Below are positions 11,975 through 25,002 of a stretch of 64,000 bases of DNA, one piece after another. The translations under genes and the position numbers were made by a program. Within the stretch, counting starts at the first letter, position 1. Each line of letters opens with the position of its first letter. Source of the DNA: Phoronis australis (taxonomy: Eukaryota > Animalia > Phoronida); assembly GCA_002633005.1 (NCBI GenBank), contig NMRA01000418.1, positions 183,173 to 247,172 on the forward strand, given 5' to 3'. The notes beneath the pieces were generated by a model. That model was not told the origin of the DNA and made no database searches. It saw nothing but the letters and a program-made list of their open reading frames with translations.

Positions 11975-12300
11975 TTTAACTGATTCAATTGGTTAAGGTT
12001 ATGGAAGTTAAGTAGTAGAGCACAGATTTCAAAATGAGTTGGGTTACAGACCAAAACCTGCATGTGCATGTAGTTGCCAAGACAAGTGTCAGTTAATCGT
12101 GTTTTGACCAAACATATTTTATTTACTTGAGACTTAGAAACACGTTTTTATGATTATGTGTTAAAATTCTCACATCAGAGCAATGAGAAAAAAGTAATAT
12201 TTTGGTTACATGAACTGAAACTACATAATTGAGCTATAGGCACTAAGTAAGAGATGTATATCGGATATTAGAGGTTTGCCATTGCCACCAGTCATCTATC
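11975..12300 (+). repeat. Interspersed repeat segment duplicated at ~44113-44440
   Basis: ggttatggaagttaagtagtagagcacagatttcaaaatgagttgggttacagac...agaggtttgccat is near-identical at both sites. Confidence 0.8.
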
Positions 12301-14233
12301 CACTTAAAGTAAACCTTAGCCTCCACAATTCATTGAGTGGCAAAGACTCAAACATTCCAAACACAAATACACCTGAATTTAAGTTCTTCAAACATACATT
12401 TTGTTGAACAACTCTCTGACCTAGAACTTGGCCGCTTGACAATAGGTGAATTAACTGCAATCCATATAGAACGCTGCATGGCTACTAAACGTCTGTGCAC
12501 TAGCTATGACAAGGTCGGGCTACATACCTCGACCAATTTGTAAATTTATTCACCGAAGACTACTCTGATGGCAACACAGCCATTATTGTCAAAATCTGCT
12601 GTACTTAATGAGCATTTTAGATAGCCATTTGGTGACACACTGAAATGTCTTGTAGCTATTCGCGCATCTGTTGTCGCCACCGGACTTTTTGAGTACTGCC
12701 TAACTTCAAAAGTTGTGCTCATTTCTTAAACCAAATTAAAACATAGTTGCCAAAAGTGTTCATGAATCTGCACTGGACAATATTTTGGACCAGACAACAT
12801 GTGCTTAACTTTTTGCAGAAGTCTGAAATAATTATTCACGGCAAACGTCACATACTGTCCGTCAAATAGCTGTTTCTGTCGGCTTGACATGCCACGCTAG
12901 AAAATATAACATTTTCGTAAAATGTAACAACTGTTACATTTGACCTTGGTTAAAGCCTCTCCTAAAATGTAACAAGTTGTCATATTGCAAAGAAAATGAC
13001 CAAAATCACAAACAAGTGGTATCTGACATGGCCGGAGGTATTGGAGTATTTTTAGACGAGGAGTGGCGCCCAAAAAATTGAATACCTACCCATTTCGAGA
13101 GTGGGCTCGTACTAAAACGTGACCCATTTAAAGACTAATTTGTGTAAAACCTCACATTTTTGCACATTGCCGTTCCAGAAATTCAAGAAAGGCACCTTTA
13201 CTTTTGTCGAAAATGACACCATTTTGCAGAGTATTTTTTCTATGAAAAAACACTTTTGGGATGCACTTTTCGTATACATCTTCTATAGGTATGCCCTCTG
13301 GGCTGACACGACGTGAATTTGGCTACCTATAATCATTTTTATTAGTATTACATTGCTACCACTTCTTATTAATACTATTACTACTGTCACTACATAATTA
13401 CTCGTTATTGTTTTCGTTATCATGATTATCATTATTATTTCTGATTTTATTTAACGAGGACACAATACATATTTAGCAAAGTGCTAATTAATGCATCATT
13501 AACATCAAGGATGTTAAAATCATCTCATTCATTGCTCAATTTTGTCATGGGGCTTTCCATAGTGGACAGCAAGTTCTGTTGCAATAGGATTTTAAAGGGG
13601 CTCCTAAGTTCAGCTTTAACGGTATTGTGAGGAACGCCTTCACAGTTGTGGCAGAGTACGCCTACTTTTTGGAATCGAGGAGGTTGAGATTTAAAATCTT
13701 GTTTAGACAAGCACCATATTCAAAAATTGATTATTTCTGAACTATCGGCAAGCACTGTAGTATTTGCAAATATAACTATGTCCATCTGTACGAAGAACTC
13801 AACTCAGACCGCAAAATTGTATCTTGTTGAAAACATTCGTGTGTTTAAGTTCAAAACTGTGTTACGTTGATCTCTGGAGGCAGACATTTTTCGAGAACAA
13901 ACGACTTGTCAGATGCTGTCACTGGGTCATCAGAATAGCGTGCAACGGAGTACAAGACAAGCAACTATTTTATGTAAGCTGAGCCGCAATCTTCATAGAA
14001 AAACACAGTGATTTAACAGAATAATTTGAACTAGGTTTCATTGAAAGTTGATTGTATGGAACAAAAACCGCCAACGTCGAAGTCAGAGATGTACAATATG
14101 AGCATTTAATGTAATGCTTAAAAAAGATTAAAATGCAATACATCATAAGGATTAATATACCAAATTCCCTTATCTGAAAGCTGCAACACAAAAATGGCGC
14201 CTCATGAAACATGGGACTTCAAGTCCATTAATA

Positions 14234-15616
14234 CCGTATTCGCCGTAATAACCGCCCAGGACGCTTAGAAAAGTTCGGTTCAGGAAGGCGGTTGAAACCC
14301 GGTCTCCAAAACGGGTGAAATCGGAAGCTTAAAGATTCATCAAATTTACTCTCTGTGACGTATCTGTCATCTATGAAAGACTTTCAACAAAACTGTGGTG
14401 CATTGCTATCAAACTTTGCTACTAAATTATGATCATTTTACAGAAAATTGTGCTGAAATCCCAGGGCGAAAACTCGCCGACTGACTGCCGCAAAATCACT
14501 GTCTTAATGGCGACTTCAATGCTTGAATAAAAATGGTTTCGACTTAAGCAAATTACCTGAAATCTTCATTAAGTTTTCTAAGTAGCGTCCCTAAGATTTT
14601 TCTAAGTTCCCATGGAGTCTGGATTAATGGCAGGTTTTAGTACAAATCTGTGCAACATCGTGCCATGTACATGTTTGATCGGCAACACGGCTAGAAAAAT
14701 GTCTGGACGAACACACATGCTGTTGTCACGTGACATTTGTTTTGAAGTTCGTCTGTGTTTGTGAGTAAGCGAGCGTGTGTGTGTCACCAGAGTTCATTTG
14801 CCACAGCAGAGACCGTCTTTTGACAAGAGCCACGCAATCTAACGAGCTAGATGTGCATTGTGTCTAAAGAAATGAAATTTGCACAAGCAGTAGGCCTAAA
14901 CCAGAGCGTGTTTCATTCAGCACTTGCCGGTCTCATGTGCTAAAAACGTTCGACTTTTGTCTCGGTAAGGCCCATATTAGTCTCCGTGTAGCTGGATGCG
15001 TACATAGCTAACTATTTTCGGTGTAAGGGTGTGTAAGCATTCACTGTCGGTTGTAATTTTATCAGATATTCGGCTTAAAAACCCCAATTATGGTTAATCA
15101 AACAATCCATCTCAAAAATAACGCAAACATGTTTTATAGTATTAGGAATTGTCGGAAATTAGTGCCAATAGTCATTTCTTACCGATGCTATGCTACCCGT
15201 TTCATGAATGGATAGTTCCCGACTAATGTCTTTGATGACAGGTTCATATATGTAGCGCGCGCTTCCTGGCCACGTGCATTTAACACCGAGTTATTTTCAT
15301 TCATGAGACAGTCGATGTGTCTGTACTGAAAGGTAAGACCATAGTGGGACACGGTCGTCGCGAGAGTAGCAACGCTGTGTTACTTTGAACTGCGATGGTC
15401 ACGACTAAATACAAACGTAGTAGTGCCGCTGGTGGTCTAGAAGAAACGTGCAAAATTTTCTTGATAAATTGAAGACGTTACTGTAGCCAAGTTTTAGGAC
15501 TGTAGGTTCGTCATTGTTCGCACGCACACGTTCATGGACTGGGCGCTTATTTCAGCAAAGTCTGAAAACGCGTGGGGGGCTCATCGGGGCATGGTCGGTT
15601 ATTACGGCGAATTCGG
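14234..15616 (+). mobile_element. Full-length non-autonomous Tc1/mariner (pogo-like, CCGTA-ended) element, ~1.4 kb
   Basis: TA|CCGTATTCGCCGTAATAACCG ... CGGTTATTACGGCGAATTCGG|TA, i.e. TIRs with a TA TSD. A second full copy lies at 59334-60745. Confidence 0.85.
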
Positions 15617-15661
15617 TAATAGAATTCCAATCCTTATCCTTATTTATATTTACTTCAAACT

Positions 15662-16330
15662 AACCCGTGCGAAATATGTTACCATGGTTGACCATGGTTA
15701 AGCACGGCAAAGCACAGTCAACCATGGTTAAACCATGGTTAAACAAGGTTGACCGTGCTTGACCTTGCTTCTGACTATGGTCAACCACGGTCAAACCATT
15801 GCCAACCATGGTTACCTTTCCAGAAATGGCCAACCATGGTTGACTTATGCTTCTGACCATGGTCAACCATGGTCGAACCACTGTCAAACCACGCTCAACC
15901 ATGGTTGCCCACTTTTAAAATGGCCAACTATGGTTGACTATGCTTCTGACCATAGTCAACCATGGTCGAACCACTGTCAAACCACGGTCAACCAAGGTTG
16001 CCCACTTCTAAAATGGCCAACCATGGTTGACTATGCTTCTGACCATAGTCAAGCATGGTCAAACCACTGTCAAACCACGGTCAACCATGGTTGCCCATTT
16101 CTAAAATGGACAACCATGGTTGACTGGGCATTTGACCATGGTCACCATGGTCAAACCATAGTCAACCATTGTTGTCTTGGTCCATTAGAGGCAATCATGG
16201 TTAACTATGCTTTCAACCATGGTCAAACATGCTCAGAAATATATGGTCAACCGTGATCGCCTTTCCCAGTGATTGACAACCATGGCTGATCATGCTTTGC
16301 CTATGGTCAAACTCGTCCCAACTAGCAGGT
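15662..16330. repeat. CCATGG-palindrome-rich minisatellite, ~93-bp period, probably internal to a MITE
   Basis: atggccaaccatggttgac units start at ~15826, 15920, 16013 and 16106. The ORFs 15759-16256 and 15660-15902 are repeat artefacts. Confidence 0.8.
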
Positions 16331-18050
16331 CTTGTTTAGGAGATCAGGTTACACATATGACACTCTTGAACAGAGAGTAATGTCAAATAGTTTGTGTCTT
16401 GCCTACAAAATGAAATGGAAAATACTGGCCAAAATTGAATTTGCCAAATAAAAACAATGAAAGTGGTCAGGGAGGTGAAAACTGTGAGAAACTCATTAAC
16501 ATATTAAATGGAATTGTTCTAACACAACAAAAACCACATGAAAAATTGCACATAACACGTAGTTCCGGAAGTACTGGAAGCCTATTGTTTTCAAAATCGG
16601 ATCCAAGATGGCGGCTGTGGCGGCCATTTTGTTTTCATTTAAAGGTTCAAATGCTTCTGGAGGCTACAATTTTTTAAGTAAAAAGCTAAGAATCGGCACA
16701 GTAAATGGACCGGAAGTTTGCTATTGGTATACCGGAAATTGTTTCATTCCGGTTAAAGATGGCCGAAATATCGGCGATCGCGCATGCGCACCTCAATTTT
16801 GGCCTAAAAACGTTTTCTCCTGCAGAGGGCGCATTATAAGACCAATTCCTTCCAATTTTTACAGGTATTAGTTTCTTATGACATGCTATTATACAAAGCC
16901 AAAAAACCGGAAGTTGCTTTCAAGATGGCGGAACTGGCCCATGTTGACCCATTTTCAGTCGTGCTGGAGTGTGATTCTAAACGGGAAGAGAAAAAGACGT
17001 GATTTTTTGCATTTGGATTCTTTCAAAGATATTTTTTCAAATGGCCTGTAACAATTTTTTTCTCAGACTTACCGTTGTTGAGTTATTTGGATTTGAATTT
17101 CTTTAAAAAAACTCAAAATGTCATTTTTTTCGAAAAATTTACGGAATTAGGCGATACCATCAGTTTAGACAGAATATTGAACAGGCTTTCATCTTTTGTT
17201 TTTATTACCTTGTCATCATTCTAACATCACCGTCTAATTCAAAGCGAACTATTTTTTATTTTGGTTAAACTGTCACTTATTACTGAAATAGACACAAGAC
17301 TACGAGATGCATTGTGTATTATAGAGGTTTGCCATGGCCAGTGGTCAGCTGCCTGGGTTCTGTTCTTCATGAGCCACACTACATAGATTATAGAGAGTCA
17401 TAAAGTTTGAGCTGAAAGCACAGTGGGACAAATGGTATAGTGTCATCAGCCAGCACAGATCTCAAGAGTGGCTGACATGAATGACTGAGGAAGGAAAGTG
17501 GAGCAAACATTGACCCCTGTGCAAAACCAGTGAGGATTATAGCCTGTAGTGAAGATTGACTTGAGAAAGTCTATTAGTGACCGTAAGTACTTCAAAGTTT
17601 CCATTCATTTTGTTGAATTTTTTTAATCCCTGAGCTTTAACAGAGAATTAAATAAGTGGCCTCACATACATTTCTTCTGTTTCTGGTATCCGGAACAAGT
17701 GAAAACTGCAGTTACATTAAAAAACCATGTGGTTATATATAGATTGATGCGAAATCACGTGATGAGAAAATTATGTTGAATTGGCATTGTTATCCGTGCT
17801 TTCTACTGATTGCTTTTTGCGTCAGGGAAAAAAGCTTTCTGGAAGTTTTCCTTTTTCTGGAATTTCATAAGATGCAGCGGATTTTAGCACAATCATCCTT
17901 ATTAATGCTCTTAATCAAAATGTTAATTGTTCGTAAGTTATGGCTGATTAACTAAGAAAGAATTTCTGTATTTTCGAATCAAAAATTAATAAAAAAATCC
18001 TATTCATTTACTTAATCTCATCTAACTGGACTTTCTCAATTTTTCTTTAG

Positions 18051-18480
18051 TATAACAGAAGAATTTGAAAACATGAATGATGAAGTGAAAAAACTCAGAT
18101 GGCGAATGAAAGTACTTGAGAGCCAACCACCACCACCAACACTACTGTGACGGTCCTCAATTCCTGTGGTGGGCCAAAGTCAATGGAGGATGACAAGTCT
18201 ATATTCTAAAAAGTGTGGACCCCAAGTGCTGATTAGACCTTGAATAGCCTGTATTTAAGGATTTGGAGTCGCACTTTGATTCTGCTTTTCTGGCAGCCAA
18301 TACTTTGCTCCTGCAGCTCTTTATACCCCCAATGCCCCAATGCCTCATAACACATACTATCAAAAGCCAAATGTGTGGACATATTGTATGGACTTTTTTT
18401 GCTCTGAGAGGAAAGACGGTTTTCACCTGGACCTAGAAGACATAACTGCAAAGGCTCAAGCAATACAAAAAGTATAAGTT
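18051..18480 (+). pseudogene. Decayed exon: coiled coil plus BEN-like domain, in a repeat also present at ~44900-45395
   Basis: After a tttctttag acceptor the sequence reads EEFENMNDEVKKLRWRMKVLE ... FKDLESHFDSAFLAANTLLLQLF ... LITHTI ... AQAIQK. The second copy reads FKDLVSHVDHAFQTANILLL*LCTPE, resembling the BEN A..LL..LFT.EE motif. Confidence 0.4.
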
Positions 18481-19325
18481 AAAAAATCCATAACTTTGAA
18501 GTGGGACAAGTTAAAAAATGAATATCCTTCAAGCAAAGTCACGATGGACTCATAGTTTTGTAAATGTGAATAGGAACACTTTGTTGTATTTATAAAGTAC
18601 TTTACACACTAGGCAAAACATATTTCACGTTTTGCACAGATGAAATATTTTGGGAAATGTCAATTTTAATTTTGAATTGCTTTACCAATTGTTGTAAGTT
18701 TTGGTTCTTCATGATGATGCTCGGTGTCAAAGCAGAAAGTTGTTGGTGCCATATATTTTACAAAATACTGCAGTTTTTTTAAGTTTAGATTTTGCTTTAT
18801 AACATTGGGGTGCTATTTTTAACATTCAAAGAGTCAATTGTTCTAAGTGGTTACTATTGTCTTGGTCCAGTTCTAAAGGAAGAAATAGAAGTATTATGTA
18901 GAATGCAAACACTTGTTTTCAATATTTCAAGTGAAGTTGGGAATTGGAACCTTTTAGTGAGTTAGACCTTGCTAACGTAATTTGATGAGCTTGAGACATT
19001 TCACTTGAAACTCAACAGGAAATTTGCTTACGTGGTGTATGTTATTGTATAGTGGACTTTAGTCTATACCTGTAATTGTCAGTTCACATGCATGACTTTA
19101 TGACCACGGTTAAGGTGGCACTGAATAGTTAGGCTGCGGCCGCGGCCAATTTGCACTCCAAAAATATAGAAATTTTGGGGTAGGCCAAGTTTGGGGGCAT
19201 TTTGAAGGTGGGCATTGCACGTAGGCTCAGTGAATGTGGTTTGTTTGTATTTGTGAACATGCTGCAAATAAAAAAGGGCCACTTTCTTGGCTGTAGCTGC
19301 ACTCTTCTTCAAGATGGCGGCCCCC

Positions 19326-19472
19326 NNNNNNNNNNNNNNNNNNNNNNNNNNNNNNNNNNNNNNNNNNNNNNNNNNNNNNNNNNNNNNNNNNNNNNNNNNN
19401 NNNNNNNNNNNNNNNNNNNNNNNNNNNNNNNNNNNNNNNNNNNNNNNNNNNNNNNNNNNNNNNNNNNNNNNN
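19326..19472. other. Assembly gap (147 N)
   Basis: Run of n characters. Confidence 1.
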
Positions 19473-20237
19473 TGCACATTCACAGAGATCATTCAACTAT
19501 ATTGTTTTTGTACTATAACATATTTCTGGTGTATTATGCAAACAAGCTGTATTTTACACCATTAGTCAATGTTTTAGTCATTGAGGCACAAATTTTGCCC
19601 AGTCTCAAGTGTTTTGTGTTATTTTTATTGCCTGACAATGCCAGAATAACTTCCTAGTAACATTCAGACTTAGTTTGCATTTTTGCCACTAGGTGTCTCT
19701 ACGTTTTTTAAATTTCACTGTTTACAATTAATTGACAATAGTAAAACGTGTAACTTGAATTTAATATTGTTCAATACAATGGCACTGATGGGACCATATT
19801 ACTTGTTTTACAAAAAAAGTCGCCAAAACTGTTGTTTTTACAAATATAAGTTTACTAAGCTCTTTGGTGATTATTATGTAACTTCAAACTCAAATTTCTC
19901 AAAAATGTGCAACTTTATATGTGGGAACTTTTTAGATTTTGAAAGCACTCTAATAAATGAATTAAAAAACACCAAAATAAAATTGCCCCACTAATGTATT
20001 AACAAAAACCATTTTCTAGAGGCCCTACAAAATCTGGCCCACCGACTAATTCAGATGTTTTCCTCTTTTCAATAGGACGTCTCGTGTTCAATTTATCCAC
20101 GATGTTCTGAAGATGATGTTAATATCTGGATTCAATTTTGCTGCACTTTTGTTGGTTTACAGTGTACCTACGGAACACGAATATTTCATACTTATTTTTA
20201 CATCTGCATTCACCATCAACATGGTCATTATTGTTAC

Positions 20238-20300
<63 letters not shown>
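20238..20300. repeat. (CAT)21 microsatellite
   Basis: Perfect CAT run; it produces the poly-I, poly-D and poly-S ORF artefacts. Confidence 0.97.
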
Positions 20301-20302
<2 letters not shown>

Positions 20303-23300
20303 CCACCACCATCTCTCGTCATCATCCCCAGTGTAGTCTTTTCATCAATTTCGCCAAGTATGTTGCTCTGACACCAATTTTTTGTTTCTTTGTTTGTAGG
20401 ATACAAGTCACATTTTTACTGATCTCCACGCAATTTACACATAACCAGTTGTTCCAGATGGACTGGATGCAAATTGTTTTTTGTAATGATAGTATTCCAG
20501 AAGGTGGACGTAGTGGCCATTTTCGTTTCAAATTCAGCTTCAAATGTCCTAGAAGCCCTACATGTAATGTTTGACATACGTGACTGAAAATCGGGTACCA
20601 GAAGTGTAGTACAGATGTGCCGGAAATCAATTACAAATTTTGTAAAAGTTCCTGTTATAAAACTAAACCTGCCATTTCTAAATGAACAAGTATAACTTCA
20701 TATACTGTAGGGTAATTGATTCTGAGAGTGACTTGAGTTATTACGAATCATATCAAAACTGTACTTTCTAATGAAGTCTTTTGAATATTTTTTTTTTCAA
20801 AAAAGACCATTCCTAACGCTAAAAATTCATTGAATTGAGTGACAAAAAGCCACAAACAATCTGATTTTGATGCGCTTGTATCATTTAATAATTACACAAC
20901 TTAAAACATGAGATCTTAAGTTATCATTGGTAACTGACATTAGACAATTTATTATTTTTCAGTTATCCCATTAAGTATAGTTGACTCTCGAATACAGATT
21001 TTATAGTGTTTTAGGGTCCTAAATTCTGGAATAAATGTGGTGAGGTAGGCATGATTAAAAGTTTGTTCTCGTAGATTGTAACACGTTACCTATCAGAAAC
21101 ATCACTGGTTTCAAGGTAAGTGATTTGATACCTTAACAGTAGAAGCCAACTCAGCGAAATTGAGTGTCCTCAAAACGACAGGTAATTACACTGCAGGGCA
21201 AGTAAAAAGATTCTTGTCTTGACTCACCCCACTTCTTGAGTGCCGATCCAGACGCGGATTGCCCAGGTGGAAGGTCTGTTAGTCTCTGCGTTTTCCATTT
21301 TGGAAGACGTGAGACGCGTTGCCTACGGTTGCGCGCAATTAACTGTTTAACTCGGGCTTACAAAATTTATCTTTCATACGTTCAGCCCTTTGTAGAACCA
21401 TGTATTATACATAACGAGTACCTATGGTAGGATTCATGAAAAGTAGGAAAATCGTTTAGGTGGATGTGGTATTTCAGGGGAAGAATTCCGCTGTTGGTTC
21501 CCCCAGTTATGTTTCATGAAAAATAGCTAGGAAAGTTTTAAGTAAACTGTGTTGCATAAGGTTGTTGACAGAACTGCATTGTTGGAGATAACTCTCTGAT
21601 GGAATATTTCCCCAGCAAATTTCGGAAAATGTTAATCTTATTAGGAATGATTTCAACCTTGGACTGATGAGGTGTTGTTCATTGTTGTATTTGATTGAAA
21701 ATCTTTCGCATCCAATAGCTTTCGTGGTTGGGTATTTGTCGCAGGTATAATTTTAAGGTCGCGCCCCGCGTCATTGGCGCATAAAAATTTCCATTGACGC
21801 TCTGGAGTTGCTTTTCTTGGGCCAACTAGCACATTAAATTTGTGTCGATTGAGCATGATTTTCCTGTAGCTTCTCTAAGTTGATTTGAGACCACGCACAT
21901 GTAGGTCAATTGATCCAAGTGCATCTTTACGTAAAATGATCCATGTTATCATCTGCTTTCCGTGGGCGATATCACTGGATATCTACACTAAAATATAGAA
22001 AATTTGGCCTCGCTGACGTCTTTGCCGGGCTGTCAGAGTTGTTTCGTTTTCAAGTTATTTGCTGAATCCTACTATCCACAAATTCATTTTAAAATTAATA
22101 TTCATTTGTTTCAGCTGTTGGTAATCTGAGTTTCAAGGCTTTTAAGACTATGGATTTTCTTTGTCCGTGAACTAAAGGTTGAATGAAGATTGTCTGTAAA
22201 CAATATCTGTCTACAACACCTTACAATGCAATGCAGACAGGAGGGCCTATGCTTGAAAGGACCGGGTGTGTCTATGACAGCAATCTGAGGTTTAATCAGA
22301 AAGTAGAATGAAACATGAACCAAGACTGGTTTAGAGGTTAATAACAGACTGGCTGAAATCCAAGATTAGTGACTTGTTGGAGACTGTGGGTCACTGAACT
22401 ATTCAAAGGTTGATGGTCCGTCTATTCCAAAAATGCAAAGTAAATGCAAATATTGTTTAGTATATTTTATTACTTTTGAGGCCTTTTCATTCTGACCTAA
22501 CTCCGATCTGAGCGGAGCGTCGAAGTAAACTGCAGGTAACTAAACCGTTCATACTGGCTTAGGTAGTTAGACTTCGAAATAAACTGCAGGTAACACTGTT
22601 GCAAGTGATGTAGTATGATTAATGCACATACAATTATTCATGAAAATTTTGGATTGCCATGCATTTTTCACAAGTTATGGAGTTTGTTTCATTTGATTTA
22701 GCCTGAGGAATGAGAAAGTTGGAGTTATGATACAGTGATAAGCACATTCTATGTAGAAGTTGCTAAATTAGTGTTTGCTTAGAATTTGTTTTTAAAATAC
22801 ATTCCTTGTTACATTTTATGGAATTCATGAACTAGTGTAAAAATTTGAAAAAGATTTTTATGCCATACATTCTTTAGACATTGTTTTACATACGCTATGA
22901 ACATTAGCCTTTATATCAAGTCTTTGTCTTTAGCTAGATATATCTTCTAAAACACTTCCTTGCATGCTCACTGCTTTCATTTTCATGTAACAACATGTCA
23001 TTATTTAATTTAATAAATATCTGTGTTACGGTCTTAACGTTTGTGTTCTGTTTGTGATGTTCAATGCAGCCTGTTCTGTTTTAGCTAGTCAAGGGCTTTG
23101 ACTTTGTTGCAATATAAGGGTCTTGAGGAGAATTATTGCTAAGCCCATGAAAAATGTGTTTAATGCTGAGAATCACGGTTGTTTAACAGTTGACAAATCA
23201 GAATAATTGGTGAATGAAAAGGTCAAATTTTCAGAAGCAAAATGCACCTAATGACCCATGTTTGCACTAAATGACCTGAAACTTTGAATTCCAAATTTAA

Positions 23301-23417
23301 TTACCTGTGTCAATCAGACCTGTGAATGTGAAGTGTCTAGCTCAAAATCTGAGTTTGCACCTAATTACCTTTGGCTTGTTTAACCTGATTGGATGACCCG
23401 ATGACTTATAAAAGTAA

Positions 23418-24502
23418 TTTTTATGCGCCCACATATTTATATGTGGACGCATTATGCCGTCATTTCTGTCCGTCCGTCTGTCCGTCCGTCCGTCGTCCGT
23501 CCGTCCGGGCGGCGTCCGTCCGGCGTCCGTCTCCAAAACCCTTTGACATACGTTCATGAAATTTGGCACATATGTTCCATTCATGAATGGGACGGCATGT
23601 GCGAACTTTCGGACGGATCCGACTACCGGTGTGCCCCCTATTGGCAATTTTAGTTTTTTACGCTTACCTTTGTATCTTCAAAAGTCCTGAACGGATTTTC
23701 ATGAAATTTGGTATGTAGGCACCTTGTAGTGAGATGACGCTATCCTGCCGTTTTCGGATGGATTCGACATAGTTTGCGCCACCTAGTGGCCATTTTTACT
23801 GTTTTCGAGTCTGTTTTTGTGCTTCCACCCCTCTATCAACCAAACCGCTCAAAGGATGATTGTGAAAATTGGCATGTATGTGCTTACTATGTAGAGGACG
23901 GTTGACGATGATTTTCCGACGATTTCGACTACTGTGGCGCCTCCTAGTGGCAGTTTTGTTTTTTTGCGCCCATGGCTGTATCTCCCAAACCGTTTGCAGG
24001 ATCTTTACTAAATTTAGCAAGTGTATTTATGTGATGTTGACAACGGACGATGACGACTTTAGGATGATTCTGATTACCGGTATGCCTCTAGTGGCAATTT
24101 TAGTATTTGCCTCTAGTGGCAATTTTAGTATTTTACATTGACCTCTGTATTTTCATAGGTCTTTAGGTGTATACTTTGTGTTACTTCGTGACTGTGAAGG
24201 AAAAGTTCCAAGTAGAAATTTGTTTCTGGCATTCTAATGCTGTGCTAATCTCGTATGTTGGTAAATTTGTTTTTAATTCTATGTTTCTGTGGTGATTTAA
24301 GCAACTGGTGTATAGGATGTGCTTGTATTATGAAGATTACTCACATTTTGCCCCTAGCCTATTGAGGAGACAATGACCATGCCTTTCCATTTTGCAAAGT
24401 ATGCCCTCTACTGGCCATTTTATGGTCCAATAAACAACCCTAGAAGGATACCGTATGCGGTGCAATTGTGGGCGCATTTCAACGCTCCGCGTTGCTCTTG
24501 TT
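23418..24502 (+). mobile_element. Full-length Helentron-associated (HINE/DINE-1-like) element
   Basis: 5' TTTTT-ATGCGCCCAC subTIR with an adjacent partial inverted copy, then a (GTCC)n microsatellite at 23467-23530. The 3' end has subTIR GTGGGCGCAT (24468-24477), hairpin CAACGC-TCC-GCGTTG and a CTCTTGTT terminus. It sits in a T-run with no TSD; an empty-site paralog is at ~30560-30590. Confidence 0.85.
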
Positions 24503-25002
24503 TAATTGCCTTATTGTCTTATACCTTTGTACCGAGTTTGAAAAGAATAGCTCTAAAACTGAAGGAGTTAGCATTTTGAAAATTATATGACCGTTGCACA
24601 AAACGACCTCTTCCGGCGAAATATGGAATATGATTATATAACGAATCAAAATTTATGTACTGTCAAAAATCACATGCTGATTTTAAAGAACGTGCCTGCA
24701 ACCAATTTGGAGTTATTAAGCCTCAAAATTGGTCGGAAGAAGAAAAAGAAAAAGAATATGAATAAGAATTGGAAAGATTATTGTCACAGCGTGACAACAA
24801 TGGACTCTGCGAGTGCATACTACAGGAATTGTCATGGAAAATCATTGACAACAACCTGTTTACTAAGGAATTCTTTTAAACTGTAGGAGAAATTACATCT
24901 TATGTCTTATGTTTTGATGACCTTTGCACTAATTGACCCCTTCTGGTGCATTATGAGCCCTGATGAGGGAATAAGTGTAAAGTAGATTAAAAGTGTGCTT
25001 AA

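Noticed and set aside
13370-13720. Possible LINE C-terminal fragment (NTVKAELRSPFKI) with ATT-rich tail
   Set aside because: The resemblance is too short and degenerate to support a call.
15759-16256. 165-aa repetitive ORF / CRISPR-like periodicity
   Set aside because: The units are tandem copies with no unique spacers, there are no cas genes, and the context is eukaryotic; the ORF is a by-product of the 93-bp repeat.
19079-19657. ORFs spanning the N run
   Set aside because: They are open only because of the assembly gap.
20113-20574. Poly-Ile, poly-Asp and poly-Ser ORFs
   Set aside because: All derive from the (CAT)21 microsatellite.
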